From positions 1,801,775 through 1,863,774 of the forward strand of contig MU053994.1 in assembly GCA_013239625.1 (NCBI GenBank): 62,000 nt of DNA, written 5' to 3'. Under the pieces are notes generated by a model. That model was not told the DNA's origin. It made no database searches and was given only the letters and a program-made list of their open reading frames with translations. The translations under genes and the position numbers were made by a program. The DNA comes from Lama guanicoe (Eukaryota). Positions 35,471 through 47,834 of this stretch are shown piece after piece. Position 1 is the first letter of the stretch. Each line of letters starts with the position of its first letter.

Positions 35471-37669
35471 CTCGCAGGCCGGGCCCACACCCTGCTCCCA
35501 CCTCTGCCCCTGCTTGGCAAACTTCTAGCTGGGTCACAAAAACTCAGAAGCCTGAAAACGACCAATTCATAGAAAGGCCAGGGATACTCAGGCCGGGTCT
35601 GATGTTCATTCACCTGTTGATGCTGGAATCCGGGGCAGGTTTTCCAAAAGGACCGGGCTGGGTCCTCCACTCCCTCCCTCTGACCTCAGTGGCTGGGGAA
35701 GTGCTGGGCAGCATGGGTCACCGCGGTTAAGTGTTGTCATAATTCTCTCCCCTGGAGCAATGAACTCCCTCTTCCTCTATCTGTGTGGGAGGAATGTAAT
35801 CCAGTTCTGCTTGGAACTCAGAGCACATAGTGATTCCTTTCTCCTTTTGTGGTCAGGAAATGAGTTTTGCTCTGTTTTTCACTTGGGGGCTTATTATGCA
35901 ATTGCTTAAAATATGCAACGGGATGTAGATATTTATATGAGGCTGTGGAAATGATGACTTTTTAATGGAAGCAATCTAATTATGCCATATCTGCGCCCTT
36001 TTCATTTTTTTTTAAATTATTCTTACGGTGTTTGAAAGAAGCAGCAATTTTTGCGTGTATGTCTGGGTTGTGTTTTTGTTTTTGTTTAGGGTATGTGGTT
36101 TTATTTAATCTCCCAGACTGTTTAAATGGATTGCAGAGAAAAAAAAAAGATCCAAAAAGTATATGGCTGTGATTTAACAAGATAATTAGCAGCTGCACTT
36201 TATAACAAAATCTTAGGCAATTATCACTTCAGGAGGACCCGAAGGAATCCCAGCTGCCAACATCCTGCTTCGCTGCCAGAGGGAATGACATCATAACTGC
36301 TCCAGACAAAGGGGAGGTGGTTTCTGGTCACTGTGATGTCACTTGCTCCAACAGACAGTCCCAGACAGCTGGAAGACAGGTGGCTGCTTCCTAGGACGTG
36401 ATGGAGGAGGGTGTGGGCACCAGAAGGACATCAGTTAATTATAGGTCCAAACCCCAACCCCCACCCTCAGCCCCCACTTCTGGGACCCATCTTCTTCCCC
36501 TCGTCCTTGCAGTCCCTTCTTTTGAGAAGTCGAATGTTTCCTCGTCTCCTCCCTGAAATCTCATTTCTTAATCTTTATCCCAGCTAATCAAACTGTAGTG
36601 GCTTATTCGGTCTCACTCACGGTCAAGTTTCCCACTGAGCCAAAATGTGTCCCTTCAAAAAAGGGAATTCCTAACTTACACTGGGCAGCGAGCAAAAGCA
36701 AGCTTGAGACGATCTGTATGTTCATGTCAGGATTGCTTTCTCTGACTCTGTGGGAAACGATGTATCAGTCTAGGCTCCCGAACACTTTGGGGATGGAAAA
36801 ACCGAGTGCGCACTCCAGCACAGCATTGTCAAATTCCAGGTAGCACATAGGAATTTGTCATTGGTTGAATTTTACATGTAAGACTGAGCCGTAATTGGCT
36901 CATTCCATGATTATAAATTCCAGCAAATGTTTAAGCACACTATGGGATAGCCCACGATGTACTTCAATGTTGAACGCACAGTCAGTTTTTTGATGGCTCC
37001 GAAGGACGGAGAGAGCAAGTCTTGATTTTCTTGTAAATTGTAGGAGGCACAGACCAGCAGGCCGATTCAGGTTACAAGCAGCCAAATGTGCCTCTCCCCC
37101 TGCCCATTCGTGAAACTCTAAAGTAGCTGCCAAGGCCTTGAACATCACAATGCCAGATGACATTCCTGGTCCCCGGGTGGGAATTTGTCTTCCATCCTTT
37201 GACAGATAAACCACAAAAAGATGTGGACTTTTTCTCGCTCTCTCTCAAACCCCGCTCCCCCTGAAAACCATCCCCTTACGCCCAAGTTACAAACTGCGGG
37301 AGAGTAACAGCATCAGGACAGCTTTTATTTCTTCTCCCAACTAGCTAGAAGGCTCCTGGGTCCCACAGGAAATGAAATGAGACTTGAACAGCCCGAAGAA
37401 AGCCAGTGACGGCCGAGTCTCACTCTGACACTGATGCTAGCTCACCAGCCCTGAGGTAGTGACCACAGGCCTGCCCAGAATCCAGCCTCCCTCCGGAACT
37501 GGGCACGGATCTGCAGCTAGGGGGGTAAGTGTGCAGCCCACACAGCAGATCTTTGGCCCAGTGCCATCCTCAGCCTTCTAGAAAACTTCCTGCTTCCTTT
37601 ATGGAAAACAGGTGTCCGTGTCATCAGGCATTAGGCTGGATATCAGGCAGGACCCTGGGCTGAGGGGGC

Positions 37670-38254
37670 TGTTTCTGTTATTTCTCGTTATTTAGCAAAC
37701 CACCCAACCTTAGTGGTACAAACACTAACTATTTTAGGATGCTCCCGGATTCGGTGGGTCAGGAATTCAGACAGGGCACAGCTGCGGTGACTTGACTCTG
37801 CCCCACGGTGTCTGGGGCCTCAGCTGGGGAGACTTGAATGGCCGAGCAGTGACTCAGTGGCTGGGGGCTGGAATCATCTGGAGGCTCCTTCACTCACATG
37901 TCTGGCACTGGGGCTAAAATGACTCAAAAGCTGGGCTCAGCTGGGACTGTTGATGGGCCCACCCGCGTGTACCCTCTTCATGTGGGTTGAGCTTCCTCAC
38001 AGTGTGGCAGCCAGTAGTCAGACTTCCCCCATAGCATCCTGGAACGCCAACGTGAGTGCTCCAGCAAGGAAGGCAGAAGGTGCATGGCCTTCTATGACCT
38101 ACCCGGATAGGTAAGTCACATAGCATCACTCTCGTTGTGTTCTTTCGGTGGAAGGAGTCACAAGTCCACCCAGATTCAAGGGGAAGGGCCATAGAACCCA
38201 CCTCTTGATTTTAAGAGTATCAGAGAATTTGTTGCCCTATTTCAAAACCACCAC
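37670..38254 (-). mobile_element. MLT1G-like solo LTR, near full length
   Basis: aaaccacccaaccttagtgg, gggtcaggaattcagacagggcacagc and cccagattcaagggga; ends aaaaccaccaca. Confidence 0.88.
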
Positions 38255-38929
38255 AAGGCCGCCTTCTGTACAGGGCCAATTTCACCTTCTGCCTGGTGTT
38301 CAATGTCACTTGAACGCTAGGGCAACACCAGGATCAGTGACATTAGGGCCAGGCTTAAGATGAGGAGGAGAATGGGGCCGTGGAGGGTGAAGTGTATGCC
38401 TTTGGTTTGCCTTTTTCCAGCGTCTAGTTATCTTCCTTCATTTCTGAGGGTCAAGAAAGTTCCCTCAGACCCTCCTCCTTGCCATTTTCTTCCAAAGTAG
38501 ATGGGAAAGGATGAACCACGTGACAGCCACATTCTGAGCGCAGACAATGCGGCTGCTGTTTCAGAGTATGGGGACAGAGAGGCAGGAGGCCTGCCTGGAG
38601 AAAGCAGTTTTCTCTGTGGGCCAGGGGGTTGGGGAGATCTAGGCGGGAGAGGCCCTGGTCAAGTGGGAGGTACAAAGCCATTTCACTTCCTTCCTCTCTT
38701 CCTACCCTCAAAGCCTGACTGCAGGCCCGTGACTCCACCCCAGGGCTTCTGTGCTGAGAAGGAAAGTGTAACACAGAAAGCTATAGAGTATCTGAGATTA
38801 TGACCAGAGTTCTCGTCAAGGCAGGGTTCTGGGGGGTGCACCTGCTGGCCCACCTGGGCCTTTAAAAAAACACACTCAATGTTTATACAGACCCTGCCAG
38901 GTGCTGAGTGAGGTAAAGGAGGAGGGATC

Positions 38930-39045
38930 CCATATCAGGGCTGGAAGGGAGCTTCTGGACCACGAAATCCATCCCCATCGTTTTAACAGCTGAGGGAACT
39001 GAGGCTCAGAGGGGCTTTGACTTGCCCAGAGACTGTGTCACTGGC
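38930..39045 (-). mobile_element. MIR3/MIRc-like fragment
   Basis: tcagggctggaagggagctt...ttttaacagctgagggaactgaggctcagagggg. Confidence 0.7.
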
Positions 39046-39810
39046 TGAGTGTGGTCACCCTGCCCTGCGCCCGGGGGGAAATTTCCACAGCGGATTGACC
39101 GCCGCCAGCGGTGACACTCAGGAGAAGGCCACTCATCGCCAGCATTTAGCCAGCCTCACCAGCCCCCCGGGGCCCTGCCTGGCGGGTCCTGCCCACCCCC
39201 AGCCATCCGCAGAGGCCCCCCCCAGCCTGCCAGGGCCACGTCACCGTCACCGCAGCCTGTGGTCTGCCCGGCTAATGGCAGCGGCTGCGAGGGGAGAGAA
39301 GCCGCGGTAATTACAGCATCAAGGAATCACAAATGGATCTGCACAGATGACATTAGGAGCATTAGACCTGGTACGGCTGCCTCCGGAGAGGTCGCTGGGA
39401 GGAGGCCGGGGCGGGGGCCAGGGGCTGGGAGACAGACTCGCCTCTGTCTCACCCCACCCCCTGCGTTCCCAGCCGGGCTGAGATGACAATGCCAGGATTC
39501 ACGAGCCCCTCGCAGAAACCACGTCGGCCGCCAGTCTCGTGTGTGTCAGCGAAGATAACAGATGTCTTTCACGGGGAAATAATTGCCTGAAACACAACTG
39601 GACAACCCCCCCAGGAGGTTACATTAGACGGAGGCAGCCTTGCTTTGGGGGATGGGGGGGTGACCTAGTAGACAGCCCCCTCCCCAATTCCCAGGATCCT
39701 TTGACACCCTAATGAGCTGTGCTGGCCTCTGTGGAATAAAATTATTATGTCAGCGATGCCTGCCTGCCCCTCTGGCCAGCCTGTTTGCGGGCGAGGGCGG
39801 GCGGGGAGAT

Positions 39811-39893
39811 NNNNNNNNNNNNNNNNNNNNNNNNNNNNNNNNNNNNNNNNNNNNNNNNNNNNNNNNNNNNNNNNNNNNNNNNNNNNNNNNNNN
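39811..39893. other. Assembly gap (83 N)
   Basis: Run of N with G-rich sequence on both sides. Confidence 1.
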
Positions 39894-41054
39894 AGGGGGC
39901 GGGGCTGGGATTTGTCCCTGAAGGAATTCCCCAGGGGCCAAGGGGGCCTAGAGAGGAGGAATGCAGGGAAGGACCAGGCCTGGGTCAGTTACCATCTTCC
40001 AAAGCCTGAGAAATGGGTCCGAAGCGGAAAGACTGCCTTCGCCGAAGCTGGCACCAGTAGGTGTCACTCTAAGGAAAGGAGGGGCCCCGGGGGCTGTCTG
40101 CGGGACTGCGCTGGTAAAAATAGAGCTCGCCTGTGTTCCCACTGCCAAGTCGCCAAGCCTGGTGATTTATAAGGCTGGGAGCACACGTGTGTGTAAATGT
40201 TTTTGCGTGCGAGATGTGTAGCCAACCGCGGGCTGGCTTTTTCTAACTTACAAGGAGGGAGCGAGGGAGGGAGGGAGGGAGAGGAGGGGAGAGAGCCGAG
40301 GCAGCCAGGGTGGGAAGCACATGGGCCACTTTTATGTAACACTCCTCTGATACATGCCGCAGTGGGGATTTATGCTGTCTTTGAAGTAAATTGCATCCCG
40401 GTGCACCATAGCATGAAAGTTAAGATTTACCATGGCTGGGACCTCCGAGACCCTGCTGGAAGCTAGAATAATTAGCACAGCATTTGGCTGCCTCTCCTCC
40501 CGCTCTGCGGGCGGTGACAGGAGTGGCACTAATAGATCTTCCAGGCCTGGGCCCCGTGTGTTTGTTATGGGGTCCACAGTGGCTGTGGGCAAAGAGGACT
40601 TTGGTCAACTGGAGGCACAGAGGAGAGGGAAGGAGCTGGGACCGACCCCATTGCCTGGAACAGGGGGTCCTGCTCCTCCTGGAGGTGCTCCTCCATTCCA
40701 AGGGAGGGATGAGGCCACCAGAAACACCTCCAGAACCCAGGGAGTTCATCTCTAAACAGATTCCAGTGCCAGACTCCTGGCTCACTACAGGTAGGCGTTC
40801 TGGAGCGCCTGGCCAGTTTGGGGATCTCCCGGGTTATTTTAGCTCTGGTATTCAATGGTTTTCCGAAGGCAGCTCCTGGGTCCCCCACCAAGACCTCCTG
40901 ACTTTGCTCCTCCACCGCTTCCTACAGACACCTTCCCGGGGGGCCTTTCCCAGATCCTTCCTCGGGGCCTCAATCTTTCATGCTGGAGCAGCTGAGATGT
41001 GAACTTGATCCACAAATCCTGAGCCCCACGGGGAGAGTCCTAACAGCTGCCTGG

Positions 41055-41140
41055 TCACCCCAGCTCTGCCGCTAACCAGCTGTGTGACCCTGGGCAAGTC
41101 CCTGCCCCTCTCTGGGCCTCAGCTTCCACTTTTGTATCCT
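41055..41140 (+). mobile_element. MIR core
   Basis: cccagctctgccgctaaccagctgtgtgaccctgggcaagtccctgcccctctctgggcctcagctt. Confidence 0.85.
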
Positions 41141-41454
41141 GATGTGGTTGGATTTTCACCAGATCATCTTGAAGGGCCTCCTGGAACTTTATGAAATCTG
41201 ACTCTCCTGCTCCCCAGGACACCTGCATGAAGCTCTAAGGAATCAAAGTGCAGAAGTGACATCCAGCTATGGGGTCCCAGGCTCACGATAGGAAGCTAGT
41301 GGGGGGAATGGGGACCAGACGGCACTGCTCACTACGAAGATACAAATGCTTACTCAGCAAAGGGCTTTTCTGAGGTTGCAATGAGGTCATCTGATCAGTT
41401 ATCATTCCACAGAGCAGAGAAGATTCCCAGGATCTCTAGAGACCCTATTTTATA

Positions 41455-41790
41455 ATCATAATAAGAAAGCAACACTGGGTAGCGTTTTCCAAAGCCCTCA
41501 TCTGATTCTCATAACATTGGTTTTAGTTTGCTAATAAAATTGTCCCCATTTCACATCTGGGAAAACTGAGGCTCTGAGAAATCGACTGGCCCTAGTGAGT
41601 CAATGACATGTCATAGAGATAGAGATTTTGAACTCCAATCCACATGAGTACAAATCTCAACTCTGTCCATTAGCTGGGTGAACTAGGGTAAATTGGAAAC
41701 TCTCAAGGCCTTAGTTTTGTCGTCTGTGAAATGGACATTAACTGGATCTAAATGAGGTTTTTGTAAGGGCTCACTGAGCTAGGACACCTG
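41455..41790. mobile_element. Two adjacent MIRs in opposite orientation (- then +)
   Basis: cccatttcacatctgggaaaactgaggctctgaga (minus); caaatctcaactctg...ccttagttttgtcgtctgtgaaatgg (plus). Confidence 0.7.
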
Positions 41791-42696
41791 AAAGGGACCC
41801 ACAGGGTGGTCTCCCCAGAAGAGCAGAAGTTCCCCAGGCCAGAATTGCTCCTCCAGGAACAAGAGAGTCGAGTTTCAGACCCAGGTCACTTTTGCCTCGT
41901 GGGCCTCGCGTGGCGCCTGGCACGGGTCGGGCCCAGTAAATATTTGTGTTGGAGAAGGTAGCAGATAAAGCTGTGAGGGCTGCAAAAGATTTTCAAAGGG
42001 AACTGGGGGCCTGTGGTGTGGAGAGAGGGTAGGAAAGGGGCAGAACCCGGTATAAAAACCTCACGCTGCAGGGTCTGGAGCACCGTGGAGGTTGGGACCA
42101 GAATCACAAGGGGACAGAGGTTCTTGGGAAGATTCTGAAGGACCAATCCCCAAAATGCCCTGAGAAGTCTTCCGGATCAATCATCCAAGACTGGACATTG
42201 GGGGGAAATCTGATCCATGAAGTGGAACCAGCAGCCACAAATGCCAAGTGGTGTTTCTGAACGAACCATCTTCCTGCTCCTCACCCTTCCCCCAGCACGC
42301 ACTGGATTCCCCTCCGCTGCGTAGACGCCATCGTGGGAGGGAGAGATGAAGGGAAGACTCCCTCTGGTGTAAATCTTAGGCCCTGAAAGGTGAGGGGATC
42401 TCAGAGTCACCTGGGAAATTGCCAACCCCTCTCCCCACTCCAGGCTTCTCGGCCTCAGATCCTCTCTGAGCTGAAAGTGACTGGACAGTCCCATCCCCAG
42501 AGAGTTCTGTAAGACTTGCTTTCTGCCCCACAGAGGGGAGGGCGCAGTGAGGAGACGCTCCTTCACTGATGGGGCCTAAGGCTCCCCTGAGTAATTACCC
42601 TTCCCTGAGGTCACACCCAGGGCAAGTGACACAGGCTTACCAAGCAGACAGGCCAGCAGAACACCCCAGGGTTCCTGATCGCTCCTCAAAGATCAG

Positions 42697-42704
42697 GGCT
42701 GGCC

Positions 42705-42741
<37 letters not shown>
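42697..42741. repeat. GGCT GGCC (GGCT)9 tetranucleotide repeat
   Basis: Read directly from the sequence. Confidence 0.95.
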
Positions 42742-42742
<1 letters not shown>

Positions 42743-42964
42743 ACCGAGTTCCCCAGCCTCTGCTGGCTTCCTGCTCCAGAGCCTTACAGCTGTTACAATC
42801 AGGAGGTTTTTCCTGGTGTCTTGCCTGCCTTCTCCCAACTATGGCTTTCAAACACTCCCTTTTCTTTGCTCGTTGGGAGAAAACAAAGAGCCAGGTGACG
42901 TCCTGTAGGAAACGGTCATACTTAGTTAAGTGCCATTCCACACGTGTGATGTCATGGAAAGGGG

Positions 42965-43405
42965 GAGGGTTTGGAGGCAGACAGATGCAGGCTTGACAAC
43001 CAGACCCAAAACCCCTGAGCTGTGTGACCTGGGTCAACCTACAAAACCTCTCTGAACCTATTTCATTATCTGTGAAATGGGGGTTGTAATCATGACCTCT
43101 CAGGGGTGTTTTGAGAAAAGAGATCATCCCCAAGAAGTACCTGGCGTGCAATAGATATTTTCTTTTCAAGGAAGTGAGCTAGAGGTGGTGGAAAATAGCC
43201 TGAGCTTTGGCATCTGAACAGGTCTGGGTTAGAACCTGTGTGACCACTGACTGTGCAGCCTTGAGCCAAGGTGGTAGATTCCAAGCCTGTCTCCTCATCT
43301 ACAAAAGGGGGTTATAATATGTAACTTGCAGGGTTGCCATGGGCAGCAGACGTATTTCCCTTAAAGCTCCCAGCACCCAGTAGGTGCTTGACAAATGGCA
43401 GCTTG
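42965..43405 (+). mobile_element. Two tandem MIR SINEs
   Basis: gctgtgtgacctgggtcaacc...atctgtgaaatgggg; then tctgggttagaacc...ctcctcatctacaaaaggggg...taggtgcttgacaaatgg. Confidence 0.85.
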
Positions 43406-43744
43406 TGAAAGGACATGGGAAGAATGAGGCACAAAATCACCTACTCAGCCGGTGGAAGAGTGATGGGGTCCAGGCTTCTGCGGGGCCCAGGAGCCATGCC
43501 AAATCACCGCCGAGGGGGGGGGAGGGGATGGCGTTTAACCGTGCCTGGTCCCCACCCAGCAGCCCTGTGGAAATAGAATCCTTCAGGCTCCTGTGATTAG
43601 CATTTGGCCTGACCTCTGACTGGCTGCAGCTTGCAGGATGGGCGGGGCCTGGGAGCTAATTTTGTCCAGTTTTCTGGACTCTCAATCCAGTGCTCTCCCC
43701 ACACCTACACGAGGCGGCATAGCAGGTGATGGAGAACACTGGAG

Positions 43745-43920
43745 AATTCCAATCCTGGTGCCATCACTTGGAGCCGTGTGACCACAGGCCCCAGCACGGC
43801 CCCTCCGTACTTCAGTAATGGGAGTGATAGCGATGCCTACCTCAAAGAGTTGTTGCAACGGTGAGACAGTGCCTGGCACATGCGAAGTCCCCAATCAATG
43901 TTAGCTACGATTATTATTCG
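43745..43920 (+). mobile_element. MIR SINE
   Basis: cctacctcaaagagttgttg...cagtgcctggcacatg...atgttagcta. Confidence 0.8.
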
Positions 43921-45944
43921 CTCTTTGCCACATAGAGCTTTGATCTCGCAAAGACCCATTAATCGCTCAGCCCCTTCTTCAAGGGATTAAAAAAAAACAG
44001 CAAATGAAATTCTACATGAAATCATGGCTGTAATATTTCTGCTGCCAGGACAAATCATTAGGAGGGGAAAAAAACCTGGCAAGAGATACCACTGGCCTGC
44101 TCAGAATGAAGAAGGGCATTAATATAGCAGCTTCCGGTCTAATGGCTAAGGAAGGGGGAGGGGAAAGGAGGGCTGCCGAAGGAGGGGATGCTGGAAGGAA
44201 GGGGGCCTGTCAGTCAGAAGCCCCCAGGAGGTGGAAGGGGTCTCTGCACCCAGCAGGGAGAGGCGCAGAGCCAGTGTGAGTTCAAGGAGGAGAAAGCCCC
44301 ACCTTCACCCTGGGGACCACTCACTGCCCAGCATCTCCTGGGCTGCAGCCCTCCCTCCCAGCAGTGCCCAGCCAGTCTCTGGCTGTGATGCCCTCTCCTT
44401 CAGGACCGAGGACCTCCTCAGGCTCCAGGAACCTGCCTCTATTCTCCACAGAGTGCTGGACCAAGGACCTCTGCTATCCCTGATGCCGACCCCAGGAGAC
44501 CGCTGATCCGGATCCATGCCATCCCTTCCCCTCTCTCCTCCCCCATTCTTTCTGGGCATCCATTTCTGCCACTGAAGAGAGAGGGGTTTGGCCAAGGTCT
44601 GGCTTTGAAATCTGTGTCCAGGGACCCAAAGGGGTGGAGGTGTGGACCCCACCTTGCTTGTCCCAGAGCTGGCCCACTATGAGCCCATTTGAGACTTAGG
44701 GTGACAGACAAATACAATTTTGTTTCATAAAAGTGTTCTGCTACTTCAGACTCAAGAATGTAGAAAGCCCCTGAGTAGAGGGTCTCCAGCCACCCCTCCC
44801 CCCGCCAAGTGTCCCCTGGCCTGGGAGTCACCAAGGACAAACAGGGGGAGCTGGCTTGGCCCTGCCTCAGGGTTTGAAGGCCTTGCTGATCTCTCCTTCC
44901 CAGGAGGCCGTCAAGCCTCGCATGTCACCGTTTATCCTCCGGCAAGGGCTGGCTGGACACAATGCCTTGGCCCGAGGCCCGCCTGCAGGAGCCAAGTCCA
45001 ACAGTCTCCTTGGCTTCCTGGCTTGTGGCAGCACCCTCCTCGGCAGAGGAGGTGACCAGCGGGCAGAAGGAGTGCTGTCCTGCCTGGGCTCGGGTGCACC
45101 AGAAGGGTGTCCCCTGGTCCCCACGGGGCAGCTGACAATCATGTTCTGAGCTCAGGCCTGGGGTGTCTCCATGGCCAACTCGTCCCACTAGGGTGGGTGG
45201 GCAGCAAAGGGGGTGAAGGTGTGGGGTCTGCCCGCCCTGGGACCTTCAGGAAGTGGCGTGGGCCACCAGGCCCCCAGCCACACTCTGAGCTCCTAATTCT
45301 GAATTGAATCTTGGAACCCCTGATCAGAAGGCGGGGACCTCTGACTGAGTCACAGGGGTACGTCTCAGATTGTGTCCAAACAGCACACTTTGTCAGGGGC
45401 GGGGAAGCATGCCAGTGGATTAAGCACATCAAAGCTAGAAGAGGGGTGAGGTTTCCTGGAAGGAGGAAAAAACGGCCCAGAAAGGATGGCCAGTGGCCCA
45501 TACCCTTTTTTATAGTTTTGCTGGGATGCAGATCTGAGCTCCTTGGTGTAGCAGTCAAGGTCCTCCGAGTGATGGCCCCCATCCGCTCTCCGCATTTGAA
45601 TAAGATCCCTAGGGGATTCGTGTCTGCAGGCCAGTCTGTGCTTTAGGCACCTGTTTCCACAGGGAAGAGTCAGGGGAAGCTTCTGGCAGAGGAAGACCAC
45701 GGAGCCAACAGAACAGATCACTTTTAAAAAGTGCTCCCAAAGCTTCTCACAGCACAGGTCAAAATTGAAATTTCCCTTTCTTGTTGCCACATTTGCTTTA
45801 CTAATTTCTTCCACAACAATTTACTAGAATGTAAAAGGTATCCCCCCCCAAGAATTTTAACTCTATTTTTTCCTTTCTTTAATAGGGTCGGCCCTAGGAA
45901 TGAAAAGCCGATGTTGTTAAAAATGGTCTGACCTTCTCCACCAA

Positions 45945-46475
45945 AGCTGGACATACATACACGCCTAGTTCTGCTCGTAGGTATTCACCCGCAGAGGGTA
46001 TTAGAGGTACTCACCAAGAGGCATGTACTGGAATGTCCACAGCAAGGCTAACCCCCTCCCAAAGCCCTGCCAGAGCCAGATGGATAAACAAATGGTGTCA
46101 AGTTCGCACCACGGAACATTACACTGCAACAGAAACGAACAGACTACACGTGACAAAATGGCTACAACTTAGCATCTCAGGATCGAGCAAAAGAAGTCAG
46201 ACCCCAAAGATGACATACGTGAGATTTCATTTGTGTAAGGTTCAAAGATAAGCAAAGTTGTTCTCTGTGTAAAGTCAGGATACCTCCCTTGGGGGAAGCA
46301 GTGACTGGGAGAGGGCTTGCAACGGGCTTCCATGGGGGCTGGAGATGTTCTGTGTTCTGACCTGGTCGCTCCTATGTGGGAACTTTCAGCTTGTAAGAAT
46401 TTATCAAGAGTGCACTTAGGATATGCGCACTTCTCTGAATGTAGGTTATGCTTCAATAAAAAGTTAAAAAAAAAA
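45945..46475 (+). mobile_element. L1ME1/L1MD-like 3' end with poly(A)
   Basis: gatggataaacaaatgg, gcaaaagaagtcagac and gcacttaggatatgcgcactt...caataaaaagttaaaaaaaaaa. Confidence 0.88.
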
Positions 46476-46962
46476 GCTAATGTTGCCTAATGACCTAAAT
46501 CCTATGAATATGCAATAAACTTGCAGCACAAGAATTTTGTCCTGCAATTTGCCGCTGACTCCAAGTTCGGGAGGTGTCAGGGCAACAGAGCACCCCAGGG
46601 TGAGCATTTGACAGGAAGCATTAGCTGCCCCCCAGGAGCCTCAAATACCTGATGGGTTTTCTCCTGCTTAAAATTAAAAACCTGCCCTCAAAGATGCCGA
46701 GGAAGGGAGAATGTATCCACAGCCCTCATTTTGCAATGTTATTAACTGTGAGAGTTGAACGCAGTGGGTAGTGGGCAGCCACAACTGCTGGCTGGACATC
46801 AGGTGTCCGTGCCTGGGGGATGAGGCTGGCGGCTTCTTTATGTTTAAATGCCATACACAGGTGCCCGCGCATGTGTACACACAGCCTTACCCACAAGGGT
46901 GCAAAGACGTCATTTGCTTGATAAGGGCTGCATACGGACCGTAGCACTAAGGCACCGGAGGG

Positions 46963-47190
46963 TAATAATAATAATAATAACACCTGTCGTGTGCCCGCCA
47001 CATTTAAGCTTTTTGTACACATGATCTCATTGAGTCCTCATGCCCACCCTGTGAGGGACCATTATTATTCCCATTTTACAGATGAGCCTTGGAGCTTGCC
47101 CAAGGCAGAACTGAGATCACACCCAGCGTAGTGTGTGGAGCCAGAGCCAGCTTTGCCTCGAGTCTTCACCGCCTCGGAGGCCGTGCCATC
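46963..47190 (-). mobile_element. MIR SINE with (AAT)n tail
   Basis: taataataataataataa...attattattcccattttacagatgag. Confidence 0.85.
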
Positions 47191-47223
47191 TAAGCCCCCA
47201 GATTTACAAATGTGGCCATTGGG

Positions 47224-47406
47224 TAGGGAAGCCAGATTTAGCAAATAAAAAAAGCAGGCTGCCCCGTTAAAGTTGAATTTCAGACAAATAATGCATATTT
47301 TTGTAGAATGATGACGTCCTGTGTAATATTTGGGGGCATACTTATTCATTTGTTTGTCTGAAATTCAGCTTTTACTGGATAGCCTATATTTTATCCAGCA
47401 CCCCTA
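47224..47406. mobile_element. MER53 palindromic hAT MITE
   Basis: Ends tagggaagccagat / atccagcaccccta; inner inverted arms tgaatttcagacaaa / tttgtctgaaattca. Degenerate 8-bp TSD ccattggg / ccactagg. Confidence 0.88.
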
Positions 47407-47834
47407 CCACTAGGGCCTGAGGAAGTGTAGAAATGTTCGAAGTCACATTGGTGCTTTGTCAAAGTCAGGATCTGGGCCCAGGGCCCAGGATTCCTTATTT
47501 GATGCTCTTTCCACTGGCTGGCCCAGCCCCCCCCCCACCCTCCCCCCCCCCCCACTATTTACAACCCAAACTTTAATTATTTACAACCAAACGCACCACT
47601 CTCCCCAGGGAATGAGTCTCCCATTCCTTGTACCCTACCAAGCCTGGCTTGCTGTGCTGAGCTCCCCGGGTTCTCCCAGCGGGGGTCACTGCAGCCCCAC
47701 CCTCAGGCTCAGCCCAGCCCTAGGCTATGGGGAACAAGGACCCCTTCCTCGGGCAAAACCAAGGGCTCCTGAATTCACAGCCTGGGGATTCAGCCTTGCC
47801 ACAGCGCCCCTGTCCACCTGAAACCTAATTCCAG

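Noticed and set aside
42048..42062. TATA-like GGTATAAAAA (similar motifs near 4246 and 28001)
   Set aside because: Isolated motifs with no supporting promoter or exon structure; expected by chance in 62 kb.
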